Source: Puccinia triticina (lineage: Eukaryota). From it: a stretch of 64,000 nucleotides of DNA. Below, in pieces: positions 12,704-23,530 of this stretch. The stretch lies in NCBI GenBank assembly GCA_026914245.1, contig CP110439.1, forward strand, positions 7,316,001 through 7,380,000. The letters run 5' to 3'. The translations under genes were made by a program, and so were the position numbers. Each line of letters opens with the position of its first letter. The first letter of the stretch is position 1. The notes below the pieces were generated by a model. It was not told the origin of the DNA and made no database searches. It saw nothing but the letters and a program-made list of their open reading frames with translations.

Positions 12704-15700
12704 TCTCATTTTTGTGCAATCTTTTCATTATTTCTTTTCCTGATAACCACAAACTTCCTCTCTGCATTTGCCATTTACACCAACTCACATTGCAGATACT
12801 AATATCATATATATATATTTATGTACTACTCATACATGTGTACTTGTTTCTCATCCCATGATCAGTTTCTTTCCTATTAAGAGTTTCCTTTCCAGTTTTA
12901 AGTACAGGTGTCCTATGAGTACCAGTTGACCAGAATAATGCTTCACTCCTCGGAAGAGAACTATCTCATCTCTTTATCGTTCAATTAATGTTTATTGTTT
13001 CCTCATGTTTGTTGTAAGATTGACTTGAATGATCTCCCATAATATATTCTCCTTGGCTATATGAAGAACAATTGAGACTGCTGGGCTTGGCTGAGCTCAC
13101 TCTGAATCAGAGCAAGTCAAGTGAAGTTGATTATTGCCCACCACCATCAATAGATTTAGCATTGACCCTCCTTATAAAGACACTGCACCTGAATTAGGGT
13201 GCTGGTGAAGATTTTGTTGAAAAACTGAGTTCAAGGCCAAAAGGGGGAGAGATAACAACAAAGCCACCAGAGGAACTCTGGGGCTGAAAAAGCAACTGTC
13301 TAAGAGGGCTGGGCTGTTAACTTGTGTGGTAGAAAAGCACTCATGCTGCAAGGGGTTGTATCCTGTAGAGACCCCAGGGAAAAAGTGCACAGAAGAACTG
13401 ATGAGTTTGATTTGTGGTGTTCAAAATTGCATAAGATTTTTTTACATAACAGCATAAGCTGCAATTTTGGCTGGGAGATGTCACTTTGAGTTTTATGTAC
13501 GCTGACATCTCCCAGCCAAAATCACATGTTATGCTGTTATGTAAACACATCTTATGCAATATTGAACACCATAATTGCTATCTAAGCAGCTAACTTGAAT
13601 TCTGTTAGCACTTTGGGGGCTGAGGTGTGGAAAAGCAGGCAAGGACAACATGCATATTCATCTGAGAGAGTGGAATGATCAGCAACAGGGGAAAAAAGAG
13701 AGAAATGTAGATATTGTCTTTACCAAAAAGCTTGCACCTCGTTTGCCTCGATTTGGTATTGACATAAGACATACAGTTGTTTTTTCTCCGGGGTTTTATC
13801 CTGACATCTGTCAGACAAGGCCGACACCGGAAATTACCCTTGGAGCCACCATTCTCCAGTAGATGATGTTGGAGTAGAGTCAGTGAAAATCCAAGCTCAT
13901 ATTCAGAACCAGGGCAGTTTGTAGACCCTGGGACCCATCCCTCAGCTTTCCGACTCATCGCCCTCTGCTCCAACGGAGGACTTGGACATCTCGGACACCC
14001 CTCTTAATTGTTATTTCATGACGCCGAGGGCCTGCTTACACCCCGTCTTCTCCCTTGGTGGCCGTTCAGCCCCAGTTGCTTCCGCCAGCCCCGCTCTGGC
14101 AGTTTTTTTTTTCTTTTTTTTTTAAAGTGCAGTTTGTTGTACATTGCGCACTATGAGGTACCAACTATTGTATGTAAGCTAAAGCTAATGATAGAAAGAG
14201 AGGGATGTCCCGCAAGACTACAACCATTTCTGACACAAAATGCAATCTAATATAAATGGTAACAGAAAAAGGAAAAGAAGCAACATGAAGAAAAAGGAAA
14301 AGAAAAGAAAGGTAAGGAAGATTAGGAGATCCTGGTCTGGCAGTATTGGGCAGTAAACTGCAGAGGCGGTTTGGATACATCAGGCCACCAGTGTACTACA
14401 TAATACGCATGCGGTTCAGTATGCCAAAGGCCGCTTGGCACCCTGTCCCCCCCCCTTGGGCGGCTCCCCAATTCCGCAGGCCTCGCCCTGCCGGTACCAA
14501 GTGGTTTCTAACTCAAGGGGCAATCCGCTGGCTGCACCCCTGTTGGGCGGCTGCTTGATTGCGCCGGCCTTGCCCTGCCAGTAGCAATTTCTAACTCAAG
14601 GGGCGCTCTGCTGGCGGCCGGATGGCGTTGCCATGTGAAACATGGAGAGTTGGCTCCCTGGCGGTAGGAATAACTTGGCCGCCAACTGTACGCCTCACAG
14701 CCAAGTAACCCACAATAAGATGGGAATTTGACTGTACGCCTCAACCCCTGACTTACAGCACCGCGGAAATGGGGTAAAGGCCACCTGCCAGATTGATTCA
14801 AGTGGCTCCAAGCAACCAGGCTTGGACTTTAAACCATTCGGATAGGTGGCCAAGTTGTGGTTTGTTTAAAACCCGGCCCTCCTAAACGTACATACTTTTT
14901 TTTTTCTTAACACATGTACAGACATGAGATTATGTATTGTACATATGTAATGTTTCAAATCAATATAACTGAACAGGTCAAAAACCGTTCCAGAGAACAG
15001 GGGCGCTCGATGGCTCACTCAACGGTGAGCTCGGTGTCTCACATTTCTCAGCTTGCTCAAGGGATTGCATTGGCCTTAAACAGCCTTGAAATAATGATCT
15101 GAAAAAGGCATGAAGAGGATAGTGGTGGAAAAACTATGTACATCGAAACAGGGGGATGGCTTTTTGAGAATTTGACAGGCTTGTGAATTCTATTTGGTGA
15201 ACATGAGAGAACAGTGTGATTAGTTCTTTTTTTTTTGAGATTTTGACAGGCCTTTTGCTGGGCCTCAGAGAGAGAGCTGCTGGATTTTTTAGAAGCTGGG
15301 TTTGCCTTCAGGATTTTATGCAACTCAACCTTGAGAAATTATACACTCAGTTTAGCTAAGCACTGAGGCATTTTGTTTGACTTTTTTGCCCAGGCCCAGT
15401 CTGGTGGCAATGAAATTAAGGAAATTAATGATTCTTTTTTGCCCAAAATCCATCCATCTGACATCTGATCAGCTCTGCTAAGGCCCCATTTGGACATACT
15501 GTTATATGTCATAATTGGGGCAAATTTATAATGTGCAACCAAAAATTCAAATTACTGAAACCCTCAGGGGTCACACCTCATAAATTCACACATTTATGGC
15601 ATATAATGTGGCATCCAAACAGGGCCCAAATCTTCATCAGATTTCAGATTCATGCGAATTAAAATAATCCACAGTATACTGCTGCCAAATAGAGCCTAAA

Positions 15701-15832
15701 TTATTCTTTCAGATATGAGATTGGTTGTATTTTTTCTGTGGAAAAAGACATGGACTGGGTAAACCTATCCACCTATGTTGTAAGCTGTAACTTCTAGTGG
15801 CTTGTAGGATATATGTCTGCAAATGAAAGTAC

Positions 15833-15858
15833 AGCGGCACAGCCGCCTTGATCTCTAG
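15833..15858 (+). mobile_element. Probable Helitron 3' terminus
   Basis: GCGGC-ACA-GCCGC hairpin followed after a short spacer by CTAG|T; near-identical motif ends at 37503. Confidence 0.5.
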
Positions 15859-16068
15859 TGTATGCTAAATTCATGATGAATTTATGTTTAACTTATGCTC
15901 AATTGAGCTGAAGGCACTTTGGAAAGGAGTTGAATTCAATTGAAAACCAGCTCCAACTTGAATTTAGTTATTACTGAAACTATTTTAGAAGACATTTTCA
16001 ACTACATTGCAAAGAAATATCTAACAATTGGCAGAAACAAGGTATTTACCACGGGAATCATATATTTC

Positions 16069-16396
16069 TAGAGCTGGCCCCTATCATCCGTTGGCGGGTA
16101 CTTGGCACCCGCAGGCGGGTACCTGTGGCAGTGCGCAGGTATCCTCCGGCGGGTGCAGGTGTCCAGTCTGGGTCCAAATTCAGGCAGGTACCCGCACAAA
16201 AATTGCCATTCTGCACAGCTCTGCTTGCCCCTAGTGCCAATTGGCGGTTACTAGGTACCTGTGGGCGGGTACCTGTGGAAGTACACAGGTAAAAGCCAGC
16301 GGGTGCTGGGTATGGGTACAGGTGTCCATTCTGGGTCAAAATTCAGGAAGGTACCTGCACCCGCTGCGGGTACCCAGGTTAAAAGTGCCAGCTCTA
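16069..16396. mobile_element. hAT-type MITE (GGGTACC-rich family)
   Basis: TAGAGCTGGC...GCCAGCTCTA ends; 8-bp TSD TATATTTC/TATACTTC. Confidence 0.85.
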
Positions 16397-17114
16397 TATA
16401 CTTCATTCTATCATGTGTTTATCATAAATCTCAAAAAGCTTGAGACATGTTAGTGCACAAGAAGACACACATGTAAGTTTGTGTGACACATTCTTTAGTT
16501 GCTGAAGTTTTTCAAAAAATATTTGAAGTTCTGGGAAAAGTCCAGCAAAAAAAAACCTCATATTAATCAGGAGTTGTGTATGACTTCAGAAAATATCCCC
16601 AAAATCATTTGTGTACATATGGCTGAATGTTATAAACAATTTTTGAAGGGTCCACCTAAGCCCCTGGCTCTGCATGAGCACTCAGGCTGGCATCACTTGG
16701 CTCAGTGATGAAAAATGTGACACACCAGCACAAATGTGTAAATTTGTGTGCCACATTCTTCAGCTGCTAAATTTTGTCCCAAGGGAGTTAGAATTCTGGG
16801 ACAAGTCCAGGGGAACCTCAGATTACCCAGGGTTTGTGAATTAATTCAGAAAATCTCCTCAACAGGATTTCTGTACTGATGGATGAAAATCAGATACCAT
16901 TCTTAAAGATTTCAGCTAATTCACCCCTGGGATTGCGGAGCACTCATCTTGGCATGATATTGGGAGATGGTCTACGTGTCACACAAATGCGCGCGCGTAC
17001 GTTTGTGTGACACAATGTGTCACAGAAACCCGCACAGGTTACATGGTTGTGTGACAGCTGGCCCTACAGCACCAAAGTCAAACCGTAGTACCAGAGCAAA
17101 ATCAGACCTCCCAC

Positions 17115-17637
17115 TAGAGCTGACACTTTGCACCTGGGTACCCGCGGCGGGTGTGGGTACCTGCCTGAATTTTGACCCAGAATGCCCAGAATGGATGCCC
17201 GCATCCGTACCCAGAACCCGCTGGAAGTTACCTGCGTACTTCCATGGGTACCCGTCCACAGGTACCTAGTACCCGCCAATGGGCACTAGGGGCAAGCAGA
17301 GCTGTGCAGAATGGCAATTTGTGCGCGGGTACCTGCCTGAATTTGGCTGGCACTTTGAACCCGGGTACCCGCAGCGGGTGCAGGTACCTTCCTGAATTTT
17401 GACCCAGAATGGACACCTGTACCCATACCCCGCACCCGCTGGCTTTTACCTGTGTACTTCCACAGGTACCTAGTAACCGCCAATTGGCACTAGGGGCAAG
17501 CAGAGCTGTGCAGAATGGAAATTTGTGCGCGGGTACCTGCCTGAATTTGGACCCAGACTGGACACCCGCACCTGCACCCGGCGGATACCTGCGCTCTTCC
17601 ACAGGTACCCGCCAACGGGTACTAGGGACCAGCTCTA
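17115..17637. mobile_element. hAT-type MITE of the same family as 16069-16396, opposite orientation, with an internal duplication
   Basis: TAGAGCTG...CAGCTCTA ends; perfect 8-bp TSD CCTCCCAC. Confidence 0.9.
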
Positions 17638-18239
17638 CCTCCCACAGTATCACTACACTCCATCCAAAGTTTTCACCATGTGTAATAGAAACAACTTAGA
17701 AATAACTGGCAGCTTTTTGGTGTGTGCCCTGAAAATAAATACAAAAACCATTTCAGAGAAAACTACTGGGTATGGGTTTCCAAAGAGTTCAAAAATCATG
17801 ATAATTGAGATATGAGGAACTTTGGTCAAGCTTGAGGATCAAGTAAAACTTATCATTAAAATGGCCTTGTTTTCAGCATAGGTGTGGTATACATTTTACA
17901 CATGGATTACACAATACATCAAGTATTGTTCCAGATCCTTTCAGGATATTTTGTGGCAGACATGAACCTTGCCTTCAAACCAGCATCTAAGTGAGATCCA
18001 ACCAAATCTATGACTGAGTTAAGAGATGGCACTTGCACGCAAGTGCTGAGGAAACTCCCATGGTGAAGGTAATTGAAAAACCCAATCAACTCATTGAAAT
18101 CACCTCTCAAGTTGTCATCTAGCTTGAAAAAGTTGTTATATAAGTGCAAAAAATCACAGAGCTCCAAAAACTGGTATTCATGTCATGCAAAAGGTCTCTC
18201 AAAATAAAGGTAAAGCCTTGGGGATGGAAATCACCACTC

Positions 18240-18815
18240 AATCAAATAAATTTTACGGTGGTCAAGAGGAAAAGCCACTTCAAATCAAGGCAATAGCAAG
18301 ACTTGTGTGAGGAAAAAGCACCTTTCTGTTAGCTGGCATAGGATTTGGAAAGTCAAGGATCTTGGAATTGTATTTTAACCTGTTACCATCCTCCACAAAC
18401 CAGGTTGTGATGGTGCTCAACCCACTGGATGTGTTGGGCAACAACCAGGTGGAGGAGAAGATAATATCCAATTTGACAAAGCTTACTTTCAATAGGAAGG
18501 TTGCAAAGGATATCAAGTGCAAAGTATACAATTTTGTGTATCTCAGTCCTGAGATTTTCATGAAAAACAAAATGTGGGATGAAATTTAGTTCAGCTTGTA
18601 ATTTGAACAACACCTGGGCCTTATTATTGTTGATGAAGCCCATATGATCTACATATGGGGAATTGTTGAGACCTCACATGGAAAGAAGTCATTCAATTTC
18701 TCCATAATTGTACAAATTCAAGACTTTTCAATATTCCATCCATATTATGGCCAAATAGGCTTGCATCTACAGTTTTGAAACAAAGCTCCAATCCTTTTAC
18801 TTTCTGCAACATGCT
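18240..18815 (+). pseudogene. Degenerate RecQ-type SF2 helicase fragment, probably transposon-derived
   Basis: Walker A AGIGFGKS (18332-18355), VLNPL, FVYLSPE, IIVDEAHMIYIWG (DEAH at 18632) and LLLSATC in the right order, with in-frame stops at 18308, 18587 and 18599. Confidence 0.8.
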
Positions 18816-19141
18816 GTAGAATTGCTTTGTATTCTATTTTGATAAGCATGAAATTGAAAACCAAGCTAATTGCTAATCAACATGATTTGAGGCGAGTTAA
18901 CTCAGACCAATTTTTTCAAAACAGGCACCCGGCACCGCCTGGCGGGTCCCACGGGTCTTTTAGGCGGGTACCAGCGGTACCCGCCAGCTTTTTTCATCAA
19001 GAGGTGTCCTCAATGACCAGAATGGATGAGTCATCAAGAGGTCCTCCCCTCAATGACCCAAACAGGTTGGTCATTGAGTGGAGGATCTCTCAATGACCAG
19101 AACAGCAATTACTGATCTGTTCCGGTCATCAAACAGGTTGG

Positions 19142-20024
19142 TGTAGTGGGAGAAAGTGTCTGCTGACACAAAGTTTTAGAACCACTCTCCGCAAGATTAT
19201 CCTGGAGAAATTTGCGGGGTGACTTGGAGAACTCCACTCTCCACCAATGTTGTAGGGCTCCAAGCAGGGTAAATAAATTAAAGAAAGTATAATAATAAAG
19301 CTCTGCAGAATTCAGCCGTAAAATAAAGCTGCACTGGATAAAAGAAGATAACTCTGCCACAAAGCTCTGTGAAAGCGCAAGAAAACAGTTGTAAAGCAAG
19401 CAAAACCACATGGGTAAATCAATTTAAAAAAGTAACCTTTGCTCCACAAGGTGCGCAAAGTAAAAAGAAACACAAGAGTCCGCAAAGTAAAGGAGAGTCT
19501 GTGGAGAGTATGCGGCAGAATCCACCCTCCCCCACCGTATTTTTATAGAGAAAAGAAAGAGAACTAAAGGATATCCTCCGCACACCATCCCCCAACTCCC
19601 TTCATACGCGCACAATTTTTATATCTGCCAAGTGCTATACACACACACGCATGTCATCTGCCAAGCTCCGCTCTCAAGCTAACTCCTGTCTTGTCCGCTG
19701 CTTGCCTTCACCCGCCATTGAAATCCTCTCCCTAGCTTCTACGCCCGTTTCTAGCCTATGATGGCAGGATCCCACACACCACCTCTACTTCAGCTACACC
19801 CGCTGATGTAGCCTGCTTTGGCTGCAGCGGATTCCCCCAATCACTGTTTCTGCTGACCTGCTCATTTCAATTCCAGCTCCGCTGTTGAGCTCTGGCACCA
19901 GGCAGCTGCGCACCGCCGCCTTGCGGCCTTTATCTGGATGATGAAGAACCAAGCGCACAACTTTTGCGCTTGGTTCTTCATCATCCACAATCTGCAGTCA
20001 TTGATCCGCCTCATCTGTACTACA
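19142..20024. mobile_element. Possible solo LTR inserted in a GGGTACC-family element (about 18920-20410)
   Basis: TGTAGT...ACTACA inverted ends; interrupts TGACC/CATTGAG subrepeats; no TSD found. Confidence 0.4.
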
Positions 20025-21797
20025 CACTGATTGCTCCATGGACACTTTTGCCACATGTGCCAGAATTGATCACCCCATTGTTCATGTTCATTGAGGGTAC
20101 TCCCCCAACAACCAGCACACACTTGTCATTGAGGGGAGTTGTTACTCCACTTGATGATTGCACCAGGACTTTACTTGATGATCTGTCCTGGCCAATGACC
20201 ATTCTATTGTCAGTCATCTAGGGCAGTTCAAAGTGGTCCAACAACCAGGGGTCCGGGGGTTACCCAATTGATCTGGCGGGGGAAAGCTGTGCTTGGGGGC
20301 GTTACCCAGGTACCACACTGCCTTTTCCAAAAAAACAGGCACCTGGCACCGCCTGGTGGGTGTGGGTGGTACCCGCCCACAGGTGCCGTGTACCGCCAAA
20401 CGGGTACCTGTCAAAATTCTCTAGTCTCCTTCATTCCTCTCTGTAGGTTGGGTAAGTCTTGCTTACTTGGTTGGGACTGTATCCTTTTGTTGACCTAGCT
20501 TAGATGCAACAATACCAAAATCTTTCCAGCTTCATCTAAAAAACAGAGTCAGAAGTGTTAGTCCGTCTTCCGTGCTTTTATCCTGACAATAAATAAATTT
20601 TGTTGTCAGAATTCTTGTGTAGTATCATAGAGGGGCAGGTCTTTCAAACCACCCATAAAATTTTTAATAGCTTCTTACATCTTTGAAATATTATAACTGG
20701 TTTTTCCCCCTGGCAGAACTGCCACCAGTCTCAAAGGAGTTCTCACACTGCTTTGTTTATGCACTCCTTGCATTAGTATGTCATCATCTTTCATTATTTC
20801 TAACCCCACTTTTTGGCTGTATTTAGTATCTTCTGAAACCACTTATACACAGCCCACCAGCTAAAATTTCTCATCCAGGGTCCCCCTTGAAGCTAAAATC
20901 CCTCAAATTTGTCTATATAAGGATCTCTCTCCCCCAGTTGTTTTTCCCTCAGCTCATTACTCCCCAGTTATTTAATTACCACTCTCACACTTACCATCAC
21001 CACCTTACATCACAACAACCCTTATATTTTCAAATAACTACTGAACTCACTCTCAACTCTCACATACCTTTCATTGAACCTCTTCATCTGGAACAGACCA
21101 ATCCTATCACTTGATTAAAACTTGCCAAGCTTGCCTTGGTGAGTCTTAACATCTGATAACAGAAGGGCATAGTTTGCACCTCCACCATCCCCTTCACCAT
21201 TCAGCAAAAGTGTTTCACAGCCAATTTTGAGTTTTACAACAATTGGTATATTTTTTCTGCTTTGTCAATCTTGCTGTTTGTGTTGTTGGTACCTGCATTC
21301 ATCAATAGGATGCACTCAGTTTTTCCAAACACCCAGGCAGCTTGGGCTGCAGAGGGAGGTTTGCTTTACTTACCAAAATCTGCAGCTGTATTGGTTCTTG
21401 GCACCCTCCTTATCTTGTGAGCGCAGTGCCAGTCCCCTGCACATTTATTCTTACATATTTGTCTGCAAAATTGATGATGGAGTCAGCCTGGTTTGATTTA
21501 AGTAATCAAACCACGGTGTGAGAATGAAAGCTGGTTAGTCGGTAGAAATGTCCGCTGACCGCCTCCTTCAAGAATATTATTGTCTGGGCTGTGTGATTTT
21601 TGGTAACTCGGCTCTGCACTGCTACTTGCCACTAGCCTTCAGCGCTCCTCTACTGAGCCTGATCTATAGCGTAATAATCCGCAAGTGAATAAAGCTCCGC
21701 CCTTTGTAAGCACAAAATCCGCAAGTAACTCTCAAAGTAAAGATAAAATCCCAATAATCCTCTCATAACTCTTGTGTAGAGACTGTAAAATGAAGAT

Positions 21798-21882
21798 GTG
21801 TCTGGTGAGAGTCGAACTCACGACCTCAGCTATGCTGAGACACATACTAGAGTGCTGCCTTTACCAACTAGGCTACAGACGC
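21798..21882 (-). ncRNA. tRNA-like cassette (tRNA-Thr(AGT)-derived) in the 3' LTR
   Basis: GCGTCTG acceptor strand, A box TAGCCTAGTTGG, D stem GCCT/AGGC, CT-AGT-A loop, extra CTCAGC/GCTGAG hairpin, T arm GTGAG-TTCGACT-CTCAC, TTTT just downstream. Confidence 0.8.
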
Positions 21883-22219
21883 TTGTGGCTGCCAGCTGGG
21901 TGGTTGGTTGGTAGTGCTCATGGGTCGATCCAACAGCCCTCCATACTGTGATGATACATCATGGTAGCAGACTAACAGACAACTCAACACCCCCCCTTGC
22001 TACATGATGGGAAGTGGGGATTGACCCCAAGAGAGAGTGGGAATGAGACCCAGGAAAGATGATCAGCATAGGGATTGAACCCGTGATCTAGATGTAGGCT
22101 TATAGGGGTTTGTGTGGTCTTACAAGTAAGCATTCACAAATTCATCAAGTCTCTATTGTAAGTGAGTAGCGCTCAGGTAGCTCTGGGCTCATAACCTGTA
22201 GAGACTGTAAAATGAAGAT

Positions 22220-22304
22220 GTGTCTGGTGAGAGTCAAACTCACGACCTCAGCTATGCTGAGACACATACTAGAGTGCTGCCTTTACCAACTAGGCTACAG
22301 ACGC
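22220..22304 (-). ncRNA. tRNA-like cassette in the 5' LTR, B box mutated
   Basis: Same sequence as 21798-21882 but GTTCGA changed to GTTTGA. Confidence 0.75.
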
Positions 22305-23530
22305 TTGTGGCTGCCAGCTGGGTGGTTGGTTGGTAGTGCTCATGGGTCAATCCAACAGCCCTCCATACTGTGGTGATACATCATGGTAGCAGACTAACAG
22401 ACAACTCAACATCTTGTACGTTCGTAGTTGTCAGTACAATGATGAGTATTCTGTAAGATGATAGAATAATAGATGGGGTCCAAGATCTCCCTTCTCCCGT
22501 CCTTCCCTCCACACACATTGCCGTTCCCACCCAATCCCGCACGTCTGACACTTTCCCGCACTAGTCCTCCAGCTCCGCCCGCTATCCCGCTTGTCACTTT
22601 CCCAGACTCCGCTCCTCTCCGACGCTTGACCTCCCACCGTCCTCTGTCTAGCCCCCGTCAGTCGGTCTCTTGCCACCACCTCCACCCCAGTTCCGCCCGC
22701 CGGTGGAACCCGCTTTGGCTGTTGTGACTCTCCCGCCAATGTACCGCTGCTACCAGTCCACGTGTGTAGTCCCGCCGCAGTCCAGCCCTGTCTTTCCCGC
22801 TCCAATCCAAATACCCAATCCAAAATCCGCGATCCGCATTCTGTGATCCGCAATCCGCAATCTGTGCATTCCAGTCTGTGCGTGACTTTCCGTAAGCTTT
22901 CTTAGCGTGCTTTCCTGACCTCATCCTCAGTGCTTATGTCACCGGAATGCATTCTGCCTGAGCGGCTTTGTGCATTCCCGCCCGCGCTATCCCCGCGTGG
23001 ACATTCTACCGCTCTCACCTATATAAATCACCACAACGGATGTTGCAGCATTTTCACCCTAAAAGAAGGAATGGAAGATGTTTAAAAATTCCAAAATCCA
23101 GATGCTCAATGCCAAATGGTTTATAGACAAAACAATGATGATATATTGGCCAAAATGGTGGAAAATAAAAAAATGAAGGGATTTTGGTAAGAATGGGAGA
23201 CAGTAGAGATTCAGAGAATGATGAAAAAGTACCTTTTTGGTTCTTGATTTGTTGGATATGGCTGATTTTGGCTGAGGAATGGGGGGTTGAAGCAAAAAAG
23301 GCTGACGGAAATCAAAACAAATGGAGAGGCTTTCCAGAAAAATCCAAGATGCTTGCGCTTGAGAGGAGGAGAAAGATAAGGCTTTGTGTCTTTTTCTTTT
23401 ATTTGATCAAATACTGGCTCACTGGCGGGGGGGAGGGGGGTGTGATTTGTATGGTGAGGCTGTGACGGATTTTGGTTGATAAAAATTGGATTATTCAGCT
23501 TGGATGAGCCGCTCGCAACAAAGATGTTTA

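Larger units (their letters stand above)
21775..22411 (-). mobile_element. Complete TRIM (non-autonomous LTR retroelement) with tRNA-like sequence in both LTRs; Helenus-type architecture
   Basis: Two 215-bp TG..CA LTRs (21775-21989, 22197-22411; 3 differences); 5-bp TSD TCTTG; PBS GGTTATGAGCCCA at 22196-22184; PPT (plus-strand C run) from 21990; 207-bp non-coding interior. Confidence 0.95.
21517..23035. mobile_element. Probable solo LTR (about 880 bp) interrupted by the TRIM
   Basis: TGTG...CACA ends; ACGG on both flanks (21513-21516, 23036-23039); end sequence related to 2118-3018. Confidence 0.65.

Noticed and set aside
21798..21882. Functional tRNA gene or amber (CTA) suppressor
   Set aside because: Standard numbering puts AGT, not CTA, at the anticodon; the anticodon arm is defective, the acceptor stem has a mismatch, and both copies lie in LTRs.
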